From contig OZ024743.1 of the NCBI GenBank assembly GCA_964016885.1, positions 368,962,001-369,026,000 on the forward strand: a stretch of 64,000 nucleotides of DNA. The letters run 5' to 3'. Below the pieces are notes generated by a model. That model was given only the letters and a program-made list of their open reading frames with translations, did not search any database and was not told the origin of the DNA. The stretch comes from Eledone cirrhosa. Its lineage: Eukaryota. Positions 12,710-23,504 of this stretch are shown here, piece by piece. Position 1 is the stretch's first letter. Each line of letters begins with the position of its first letter. The translations under genes and the position numbers were made by a program.

Positions 12710-12963
12710 CTTTCTTTATTAACCACAAGGGTTTACATAAAGTAGACATTAAGGACAGTACATGACAATACAGGACGGTACAAATGGGCATTTCTGCGTG
12801 TAAAAAACAAAAACAGAGGATGTAACAAAAAAAATAACAATGAAAAATTCCCCAAAACGGGGGAGACTTCCTAGGGACATTCGTGGAGAAAGCCCATTAA
12901 AAAGCCACAGTGACCCTGACCACCAGGGCATGTGCCCTCTCCCAGTTTTCCACCACCTTTAAT

Positions 12964-15900
12964 TTACAGACACATACTCAGAGTAGGCTCATTCACTCGG
13001 GCCATTCTTGCCTCTCTCACTGATCTTTCAACAAAATGCTGGGAAGAGAGCACTTCCCTCTCTACCCTGATTTTCTTTTTCAAATGAAATTTGAAAAAGT
13101 TAATCAGGGCTTCACCGAAGAGGTAAGTGCTCGTCTTCAGCCCTTTCAAACGTGTCCATACTATCTCTTTCGCCATGGCCACCAGACAGATAAAAACTGC
13201 CTGCCCTTCCCGGCTAAAGGAAGAGGGCGGAGCAATCCTCACGGTGGACTCAGCTGATAGCCGGATCCGTCCTACACGGGACAGCAGGTGTTCGACATAA
13301 ACCCACAGGTCAGCAAAGCTCGGACACTGGACGAGTGCGTGCAGGACGGTTTCGTCGCCCTGCGCGCATCTCAGACTTGCCCGGCTGACGGCACCTCCAT
13401 GCCTGTAGAGTTTATCCCGAACTGGCAAAGCTCCCCGGTAGCACTGCCAGGCCAGGGATTTCTGGAAGTTGTCCATAGGCCCTGGCCTGAAAGTTCTTCC
13501 GACGAGATTGGGTAGTTGATTTTCGTCGACGCCTAGGGTTTCCCCAAGTACACCGTCGCTCTTCCCCTCCACTAATCCTCTATAGAACGCCAAGGTGGAG
13601 TTTCCACCGATCACATTGCCCGATTGGTCGAGGGCTCTGAGCGCCTGAAGACATTCCAGTCTCCAAGCGCTCCCTCTCGGTCTTCGCTTGACCCAGGACT
13701 GCAGCACCGTCAAGGAGACGAGCTGGGGAAAGACGCGTCTAGCAAACAGCGACCACACCTGATCACCGTCGAGGAAGAGGTGGAGATGTCGTAGCCTGAG
13801 CGCGTGTCTGCGCATCATCAGCCACGGCATGCCCAGTCCTCCCCGTAGCGGGTGTTGAAAGCAGATGGACCGCCTGACCATCGGAGTGCGTTCCTTCCAC
13901 AAAAAGCAAAAGAGCAAACGCTCCAGCGCAGTCAGGTGAGGCTTAGGACAAGGTACGACGGTCAGGCGATAGTAGATGACGGACGCGATGTACGCGTTAC
14001 CCACCTCCGCTCGACCTTTCAGGGATAGCTTCCTCTCCGCCCATTTCTGGGTGAGAGAAGCCACCCTGCTCGTCACGTCGTCCCAGTTTTTGTCCGTCTG
14101 GAGATCCGGACCGAACCAGACCCCTAGCAATTTAACCGGTCCATCCGTCCAGCACCCAACGACGCTGTTGGACGGCATCGAGGTGCCGAGCTGCAGGCCC
14201 ACTGACTTTTCCTGGTTGATGATTAATCCTGTCACCGCTTCCTATTCTCTTAGTGTAGTGCCGATCGCCTCGATGTGTTTGGCGTTCGACACCACTACTG
14301 TGACTTCGTCCGCATATACTGACACGGATCTTCCGCATCCTAGTTCGCGCGAGACCCCCTCAACGTCTCCAGTTTGTGCAGTAATGGCTCGAGAGTCAAT
14401 ACGTACAAGAGGAATGAGAGGGGACATCCTTGGCGGACCGAGCGCATGATGTTGAACGGTTCCGAAAGGTGACCGTTCACTCTCACCACAGAGCAAATGT
14501 CGCTGTGCATGGCAGCAATCCAGCCTCTGAAGACGGGCCCAAAGCCAGCCGCCTTCAGGACTGCCGCTAGGCAACGATGGTCGACGCTATCGAAAGCTTT
14601 CGACTGATCTAAATTTATCAAGAACCCACCCGTACTAGGTTCCCTAGCTACCCTCTCTACGATGTATCGCATGAGGTGGAGGTTGTCGTGGATGGATTTG
14701 TCGGGAATGGCGCATGTCTGCGCCTCTCCCACCAGATCACCAACGACAAGCGCCAACCTCTTTGCTAGCACCTTGGCCAAAATCTTGAACTCTGTGTTTA
14801 ACAGAGTTATGGTCCTGAAATGATCTATGTTACCCCCCTTGTTCGGGTCCTTTCTCAGCAGCGCCACCGCTCCTCGGCTCACAGAGCTGGGAATTCTCCC
14901 GTTCTGTTGCCAGTTGCAGTAGACGTCCGCCAAGAGGCCTCCGAACAAGTCTGGCATCTGTACGTAAAGTTCATAGGGCAGACCATCCAAACCAGGTGAT
15001 TTACACCTTGTGCAGCCAGTAATTGCTTCCCATACTTCAGTGGCTGTTATCGGCTTTTCGCAACACTCCGTCGAAGTAGACACTAAAGTCCATCCCTCGA
15101 TCCGGCCCGCCGCTGCCACCGAACAGCTGAGCGAAGTGTCACTGAAAAGCTTCACACATTTTCCCGGGATCGAGTAGCATGCGCCCGTCGTGGTCCACCA
15201 AAGACCGGATCGTGGCTTTGTTGCCACGACGCGCCTCTGCCACTCAGGCCCATTGAACGGTTTTCGTCCCCTCGTGTCTGAGAGCACGCACCCTAGCTCT
15301 GACAACGCAGCCTTCGTGCTTTGCATTGAAGAATTGGTCAAGGGCCAATTTCGCCGCAAGTACGTCGGTCGCGATGCCTTTGCTAAGCGCGTCGTCTAAT
15401 TTTCTAACTAGTTCTCCCTCTGCTCTATTTTTCTCTATAGTTAAAGCCTTACTAAACCTAATGGACTTTATTCTAATCGCTCTTTTCAGAGCAAACCACC
15501 ACTTGTTGTTGACAATGGCGCCCGTCAACGCCCGCTTAATTAGTTCGCTAATCCGGTCTCTGTAGGCCTGGGTGCTGTTAAGGACGTGTTTAGCTTCCAG
15601 TAGCCGGGTCCTCTTCTATGAAGCCTATCTAAGTCAAGCATACAGATCACGAATTTGTGGTCCGTGTAGCTGACTATCTTGAATTGTGGACAGCCTATGC
15701 TAGACCTATCTATTTCCTTACAAAATACTCTATTTAGATATGATCTGGATGACCTGATGCGGTTTGTCCAAGTCCACATTGGCACATTCGGGAAATCCAA
15801 TCGGTACCTGTCAGACAGTTCAAAACGTCTGAGCAGGTTGGTGCTGCTCTTTTACCCTATCCGCTAATCCCACACAGTCCCAGCGTGCATCTAAGATCCC

Positions 15901-16305
15901 GTTCCAGCCGCCCACTAACTCTAAAAAACGGGATGTTCCTAGAAAGGTCTCCAGACGCCGGAAGAAATCAGGCCGCCCTGATCCTGTCGGGGCATAGACG
16001 GCCACTAGCCTGAAAGCTTGCCCGTCTCCACTGGTCACGTCCAGCACCACCAACTTACCTTCTGGGTCCAGGAAGATGGCCCGAAAAAGCACAGCAACTC
16101 CTGCCCCCGATCCAGGGCGGCTGGGAGATGCGTACACATCGTAGCCGCCGAAGATCGGTGCGAAGGCCCGTGCTTCGGAGATTCTGGTCTCGCTGATGGC
16201 CACCACATCTATGTTTAGTGACCTGAGGTCGTTGAGCAGATGGCCCTGCTTCCATGACGACCCCAAGCCACGCGCATTTATGCTGCCTATTCTGAGTGAG
16301 GTTAT
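12964..16305 (-). pseudogene. Tx1 ORF2: AP endonuclease, reverse transcriptase and C-terminal zinc finger; frameshifted
   Basis: INARG, ISET, VAVYAP, TDH, GPGYWKLN, KSPGLDGLPYE, LDQSKAFD, RQGCPLS, VYADEV, LLGVWF, GGLG and ETVLHALVQC. Confidence 0.9.
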
Positions 16306-16339
16306 GTTGAAATGGAGTGGAAAAGATGGGAAAGACCAC

Positions 16340-18500
16340 TTACCTTACTTCTCGTAGAGGAAGGATGGTTTCTCCATCCCTTTCCACTTGATCTTCTGGT
16401 GAAGAGACCATTGAATCGTCCCTTCGGCTGATCGTCGGCTCTTCTGTGAGTATATCCGAATATACTCTCCGGTTGAGTGTCCCTCCTAGGTCTCTGAAAT
16501 CATCCACCGCGTTGGGGAATTTTATTTTAATGTTTGTGTATTGTTTCTGTGCTATTCTTACCAGTCTTATGTTCGTTGGTGTTTTGATTGGTGTTGGTAT
16601 TATGTAGTCGTGCTGTGAAATGTCTGTGTTCAATTATGTAAGTCATGAGTTTCTTGTTGTGTGTATTTATTGCTGTGCATTTCTTTTTCTGGGGTGGGTG
16701 TGGTTCTGCTCTTTTCTTGTCGTTGTTGCTGGGTGTGTGTTTTGTTGTTGTGTTTGCGATGTTGGTGCTTGTGGTGGTGGTGTTGAAGGTGTTGTTGTTG
16801 TTGGCGGTGGAGTTGCCGCCGGTGGTGATGGTGGTGCTAGTGTGGGTGGTGGTGGTGTTGGTGGTGTTGCTGCTGTAAGTCTCTTTGCAGGAGCCTTTAC
16901 CCTTTTTTCATTTCTTCCCTCTCTATTCGAAGGCGACGATGCGCTGCTTCTGCGTTTGTGCCTTCTTGCGACCTTTTGCCATCCCTCTCCCACCTCACAC
17001 TCCATGTCCGATTCTGTGAGGTCGGGGAGGGGTACCAGCTCCACCCTTTCACCTGTTCTTGTTGGTGATTGTTGCAGTGGAGTCTCTGTTGCGGCTGCAG
17101 TTAGTATTACTGTTGTTGTTGTTAATACTTCCACTGCTGTTCTTGATTTCTGTGGCGTGGGTATGGGTGCCACGGACCTATCCTTCCTGCTTGCCACCTG
17201 TCCTGTTGCCGGTAGCAGTGGAGCCGGTTTCGGAGGGAGGGGGGGGGGTCTCCTTTCTCAGGGTCTTCTCATTGCAGAACATTTTTTCGAAACCCAACAG
17301 CACTGTACGACCCACAGCGAAAGCATTTCAGGCGTTTGACCTCAACACTTATGGGCAGTTGTGTGCCGTTATCAAAGTCTATCACATCCGGGATAGCTTC
17401 GATGCACTCCTGGTTGGTTTGAATTAACATCTCAATGGAGGTGCCTACCCAATCTTCTCGTACTTTTTTCTGTACTTGCAGTACAGTTGTTTTGTCCTCG
17501 ATTCCGACGAGGACAGACGCGGCCAGCCAAGAAGGGGCCATCCCGCGGGGGGGGGGGGGGGGGTCAGTTTGACCCTCACAACTTTTTGCCCTCAGTAGGA
17601 GGGCACCAACACTATTTCCTTGCTCCTTAGGATCACTAAGGATTGAGCCTTTGCCTCCTGGGGTGTGGCAAAAAGCACGTCCACGGTGGCATATTTCTTA
17701 CCTCGGGTGATATGCGTTTTCCGCTGCCACACAGACCCTAAGGCTTTTTGTATTTCAGCCTCTGTGGCTCTTTCAACCACACGTGATTTTGTGCTTACTG
17801 TACGGTACGTGACCGTACAGTGCTGTTGGGTTTCGAAAAAATGTTCGGCTGCCTTGCAGATTGCTCGGTGTCCGGTTTTCGTCACCATCTTCTTTGCTTC
17901 CTGTAATTCCTCATTTGTTATAAGGATGGTTTCCAGGTTCTTTGCGACACCTGCAAACGAGATTGTTTTTTTTCTTTCTTGTTGTTGGTGTTGTTGTTGT
18001 CGTCAGAGCTGCTGTTACTTTTGTTGTTGCTGCTGGTACTACGACCGCCGCCACCGCTGTTGCTGTGGTTGTTGTTGTTGTTGGTGCTGCTGTTGTTGTT
18101 GCTGTTGCTGCTGCTGTTGTTGTTGTTTATGCTGCTGCTGATGTTGTTGCGGCTGCTACTAGTGTTTTCCTTGTCACTGTTGCTGCTGCTGCTGTTATTA
18201 CGGCTGTTGCTGCTATTCTTCATGACGTCAGACGAATGAAATGGCTTTCTGTATTTACCGCACACATTTTTCGTCGTTGCCGTCGTCGTGGAGAAATGTT
18301 CCACGGAATGCACGTTCTCTTGGTGAAAGCTACCAGAAACTATATTTTTCTTTTTCTTTAATGGCGCCGCTTGCGAAAGAGGCGACACCACATTTAGAGA
18401 AGGGAGGGAGAGAGACAATCTTCTCTCTGATGTAGTGACGATTGAGGAAGAAGATAGAATGAGTGGGAGTGACTTGAGAAAATTCTTTTTTGTAGCCATG
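16340..18500 (-). pseudogene. Tx1 ORF1 (gag-like, with a poly-Q/N/S tract and a disrupted CCHC knuckle)
   Basis: Fragmented ORFs from MATKKNF; (CAA/CAG)n tract at 17980-18220; CFRCG knuckle half; the C-terminus aligns with ORF 46179-46598. Confidence 0.75.
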
Positions 18501-18730
18501 TTTTTTTTACGGTTTAAAATGAATATTGGGCACAAAACCCCAATAAGCGGTTATTTAACCCCGAAGGGCCAAATAACGGGCAGAAATACCCCTCTCACGA
18601 GGAGGAGGGTGTTTTTGTCTACAATTTGGTTCAAGTTTTAAACAATTTACAATTGTTATAACGGTTAAAAATTACTATACCTAACAGAGCTGAGCCTCCG
18701 CCAACCATGGCATTCAATAATAATAATAAT

Positions 18731-18948
18731 CCGATTGTCACAGGCGCACTAGGTACTATCTCAAAGAGTTTCCAATGATGGTTAAAGAAGATTAGTCCAG
18801 CCCCGCTTTTTGGAACACTTCAAAAGTCATGCTTGCTGGAAACAGCAAGAACCCTCCGATACGTCCTGAATATCTGAGGCTGTAGGTAGCGGCTTGATAT
18901 TCATTTCAACAAACTTTCCAGTTAAATAACATCAATGAGTGAGACTCA

Positions 18949-18950
<2 letters not shown>
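18731..18950 (+). mobile_element. R4/Dong-clade LINE 3' fragment (copy A)
   Basis: PIVTGALGTI...LQKSCLLETARTLRYVLNI* plus the 3' UTR shared with copies B-D; (TAA)n on both sides. Confidence 0.85.
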
Positions 18951-19017
<67 letters not shown>

Positions 19018-19018
19018 T

Positions 19019-20100
19019 TAGGAAGCTATTGACTATCTACAACATGTTCCACAAGAGGAGTGATGTCGATAGACTCCACCTAAGGAGATCTGAGGGTGGA
19101 AGAGGTCTTATCAGCATAGAGGACTGTGTTCAGATGGAGAAAAACAACCTATACAAATACGTGACTGATAGTAAGGAGCCAATGCTCAGAACTGTACTGA
19201 AGGAGGGAACAGTAGGCCAGGGGATGCCCAAGGAGGAAATAACATCAAGGAGAAAGAGCAGCCTTCAGGGAAAATCCCTTCATAGTACCTTCTTTGAGAA
19301 AACTGAATTTAGAGATCCACAGACATGGAACTGGTTGAGAAGAGGAGACCTCAAAAAGGCTACAGAAGGAATGTTAATGGCTGTGCAGGAGCAGGCCCTC
19401 AAAACGAAGTGGTTGAAACACCATATTTACAAGGAGGAGGCTAGCCCACTGTGCAGGATCTGTGGAGAGAGAGAGGAGACTGTGGCTCACATTGTATCCG
19501 AGTGTAAACACCTAGCCCAGACCCACTATAAGGGCTGGAGACATGATGTGATGGGCAGGGTGATCCACTGGCACCTGTGCAAAGTAAACAATTTACCACA
19601 TTCTGAGAAATGGTATGAGCATAGGCCAGAGTCGGTGATGGAGAACGATCAGGTGAAGGTGCTGTGGGATTTTAGGATACAGACGGACAAGAAACTGGAA
19701 CACAATAGACCTGACCTGGTGGTTGTGGACAAAGAAAAAAGAGCGTGTCTGATTGTGGATGTGGCCTGCCCATTCGACACGAGAGTGCAAGAGAAGGAGA
19801 GGGAGAAAATTAACCGATACCAGGACTTAAAGTGGGAGGTAAAAAGGATTTGGAACTGCCATGAAGTCAAAGTGATCCCGATTGTCATAGGCGCACTGGG
19901 GACTATCTCCAAAAGTTTCCAGGGATGGTTAAAGAAAATCGGCCCCTTCACGCTTTTTGGAACGCTTCAAAAGGCATGCTTGCTGGGAACAGCAAGAACC
20001 CTCCGATACGTCCTGAATATCTGAGGCTGCAGGTAGTGGCTTGATATTCATTCCAACGGACTTTCCAGTTAACCAACATCAATGACTGAGATTCAAGGAA
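19019..20100 (+). mobile_element. R4/Dong-clade LINE, 5'-truncated (copy B), zinc knuckle + restriction-like endonuclease
   Basis: ORF 19029-20024 contains GGRGL, CRIC..ETVAHIVSEC, RHD, RPDLVVVD..IVDVACP and KINRY; ends in (TAA)n. Confidence 0.92.
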
Positions 20101-20117
20101 TAATAATAATAATAATA

Positions 20118-20158
<41 letters not shown>

Positions 20159-20159
<1 letters not shown>

Positions 20160-21625
20160 ACAAAAAAATGAAGGAATTGATAAGATCTGAATACATTCGG
20201 AGAGTAAGGAGCGTATTAAAGTCACATCTGAACAGTAGGAATGCCATAAGTGCAGTAAATTCCTGAGCTGTGTCTATTATTAGGTACAGTAGGGCGGTGG
20301 ATTGGCAGTATCGGTAGAGGGTCAGACACCATGCTTTCCAGCATAGTTACGTCCCTTTACGATCTGAGTTCAAATCCCGCCGAGGTTGACTTTGCCTTTC
20401 ATTCTTACGGGGTCGATAAAATAAAGTACCAGTAATGCACTGGGTAATTGCTGACCTTGTGGCTAAAGTAGAAACAATTATTAGGTACAATGCGGGAATT
20501 CTGAGATGGAATGTTGCTGAACAAAAAGAAATGGATAGGAAGACTAGGAAGCTATTGACTATCTACAACATGTTCCACAAGAGGAGTGATGTCGATAGAC
20601 TCTACTTAAGGAGATCTGAAGGTGGAAGAGGTCTTATCAGCATAGAGGACTGTGTTCAGATGGAGAAAAACAACCTACAGAAATACGTGACCGATAGTAA
20701 GGAGCCAATGCTCAGAATTGTACTGAAGGAGAGGACAATAGACCAGGGGATGTCCAAGGAGGAAGTAACAACAAGGAGAAAGAGCAACCTTCATGAAAAA
20801 TCCCTTCATAGTACCTTCTTTGAGAAAACGGAATTCAGAGATCCACAGACATGGAACTGGTTGAGAAGAGGAGACCTTAAAAAGGCTACAGAAGGAATGC
20901 TAATGGCTGCGCAAGAGCAGGCCCCCAAAACGAAGTGGTTGAAACACCATATTTACAAGGAGGAGACTAGCCCACTGTGCAGGATCAGTGGAGAGAGAGA
21001 GGAGACTGTGGCTCACATTGTATCCGAGTGTAAACACCTAGCCCAGACTCACTATAAAGGCTGGAGACATGATATGATGGGCAGGGTGATCCACTGGCAC
21101 CTATGCAAAGTAAACAATTTACCACATTCTGAGAAGTGGTATGAGCATAAGCCAGAGTCGGTGATAGAAAACGATCAGGTGTAGGTGCTATGGAATTTTA
21201 GGATACAGACGGACAAGAAACTGGAACACAATAGACCTGACCTGGTGGTTGTGGACAAAGAAAAAAGAGCGTGTCTGATTGTGGATGTGGCCTGCCCATT
21301 CGACACGAGAGTGCAAGAGAAGGAGAGGGAGAAAATTAACCGATACCAGGACTTAAAGTGGGAGGTAAAAAGGATTTGGAACTGCCATGAAGTCAAAGTG
21401 ATCCCGATTGTCATAGGCGCACTGGGGACTATCTCCAAAAGTTTCCAGGGATGGTTAAAGAAAATCGGCCCCTTCACGCTTTTTGGAACGCTTCAAAAGG
21501 CATGCTTGCTGGGAACAGCAAGAACCCTCCGATACGTCCTGAATATCTGAGGCTGCAGGTAGTGGCTTGATATTCATTCCAACGGACTTTCCAGTTAACC
21601 AACATCAATGACTGAGATTCAAGGA
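20159..21625 (+). mobile_element. R4/Dong-clade LINE (copy C) with an internal SINE
   Basis: Near-identical to B and D; premature stops; SINE at 20291-20476. Confidence 0.92.
20291..20476 (+). mobile_element. Meta-core SINE inserted in Dong copy C with a 13-bp TSD
   Basis: TSD ATTATTAGGTACA at 20276-20288 and 20477-20489. Removing the SINE restores AVSIIRYNAGIL. Confidence 0.92.
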
Positions 21626-21640
21626 ATAATAATAATAATA

Positions 21641-21675
<35 letters not shown>

Positions 21676-21676
<1 letters not shown>

Positions 21677-23127
21677 ACAAAAAAATGAAGGAATTGATAA
21701 GATCTGAATACATTCGGAGAGTAAGGAGCGTATTAAAGTCACATCTGAACAGTAGGAATGCCATAAGTGCAGTAAATTCCTGAGCTGTGTCTATTATTAG
21801 GTACAGTAGGGCGGTGGATTGGCAGTATCGGTAGAGGGTCAGACACCATGCTTTCCAGCATAGTTACGTCCCTTTACGATCTGAGTTCAAATCCCGCCGA
21901 GGTTGACTTTGCCTTTCATTCTTACGGGGTCGATAAAATAAAGTACCAGTAATGCACTGGGTAATTTGCTGACCTTGTGGCTAAAGTAGAAACAATTATT
22001 AGGTACAATGCGGGAATTCTGAGATGGAATGTTGCTGAACAAAAAGAAATGGATAGGAAGACTAGGAAGCTGACTATCTACAGCATGTTCCACAAGAGGA
22101 GTGATGTCGATAGACTCTACTTAAGGAGATCTGAAGGTGGAAGAGGTCTTATCAGCATAGAGGACTGTGTTCAGATGGAGAAAAACAACCTACAGAAATA
22201 CGTGACCGATAGTAAGGAGCCAATGCTCAGAATTGTACTGAAGGAGAGGACAATAGACCAGGGGATGTCCAAGGAGGAAATAACAACAAGGAGAAAGAGC
22301 AACCTTCATGAAAAATCCCTTCATAGTACCTTCTTTGAGAAAACGGAATTCAGAGATCCACAGACATGGAACTGGTTGAGAAGAGGAGACCTTAAAAAGG
22401 CTACAGAAGGAATGCTAATGGCTGCGCAAGAGCAGGCCCCCAAAACGAAGTGGTTGAAACACCATATTTACAAGGAGGAGACTAGCCCACTGTGCAGGAT
22501 CAGTTGAGAGAGAGAGAAGACTGTGGCTCACATTGTATCCGAGTGTAAACACCTAGCCCAGACTCACTATAAAGGCTGGAGACATGATATGATGGGCAGG
22601 GTGATCCACTGGCACCTATGCAAAGTAAACAATTTACCACATTCTGAGAAGTGGTATGAGCATAAGCCAGAGTCGGTGATAGAAAACGATCAGGTGTAGG
22701 TGCTATGGAATTTTAGGATACAGACGGACAAGAAACTGGAACACAATAGACCTGACCTGGTGGTTTTGGACAAGAAAAAAAGATCGTGCCTGATTGTGGA
22801 TGTGGCCTGCCCATTCGACACGAAGGAGAGGGAGAAAATTAACCGATACCAGGACTTAAAGTGGGAGTTAAAAAAGATTTGGAACTGCCATGAAGTCAAA
22901 GTGGTCCCGATTGTCATAGGCGCACTGGGTACTATCTCAAAAATTTCCAGGGATGGTTAAAGAAAATTGGCCCCGCCCCGCTTTTTGGAACACTTCAAAA
23001 GGCATGCTTGCTGGGAACAGCAAGAACCCTCCGATACGTCCTGAATATCTGAGACTGCAGGTAGTGGCTTGATATTCATTTCAACAAACTTTCCAGTTAA
23101 CTAACATTAATGACTGAGACTCAAAGA
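21676..23127 (+). mobile_element. R4/Dong-clade LINE (copy D) with the same internal SINE
   Basis: Same 5' truncation point, SINE and stop codons as copy C; 12-bp deletion after PFDT; followed by (TAA)n to 23159. Confidence 0.92.
21808..21994 (+). mobile_element. Meta-core SINE in Dong copy D (duplicate of 20291-20476)
   Basis: Same TSD ATTATTAGGTACA (21793-21805 and from 21995). Confidence 0.92.
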
Positions 23128-23129
23128 AC

Positions 23130-23160
<31 letters not shown>

Positions 23161-23504
23161 GTGAAGACTAAAATCCAAAGAGGGCTCGATAATGATAAGT
23201 ATATATCAAATATATAAGAACCCTAGAGCAAATATTTATTAAAATAACAGATTAAAGTTTAAGCAAAGAATCGCTGCTTTCACCCTTAACGGGATCTACT
23301 GAAACTAATAAAATCAATCTGTGAACGCAGAAGTAAATATTTCGAAAAACGTTGCAATCGAAGGAAAACAGAGAGACGATACTTTGGTTCGTGAAGACGT
23401 TCCCGAAAAAAAGCGAAGATAACACGTCATTATGTGGAGCGTTGAGAACAAATACATTACTATTTGGCTCCCTCAGTTGAGCACTCTATTGACTTATATT
23501 CATC

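Larger units (their letters stand above)
12709..18715 (-). mobile_element. Near full-length Tx1/L1-clade non-LTR retrotransposon (copy 1) inserted in (TAA)n
   Basis: 5' UTR, ORF1, ORF2 (APE-RT-CCHC) and a 3' UTR ending AATAAAGAAAGC; (TAA)n on both flanks. Confidence 0.93.

Noticed and set aside
17918-18535. Poly-N/S ORF and antisense poly-C/L/V ORFs as host genes
   Set aside because: Alternative frames of the trinucleotide tract within Tx1 ORF1.
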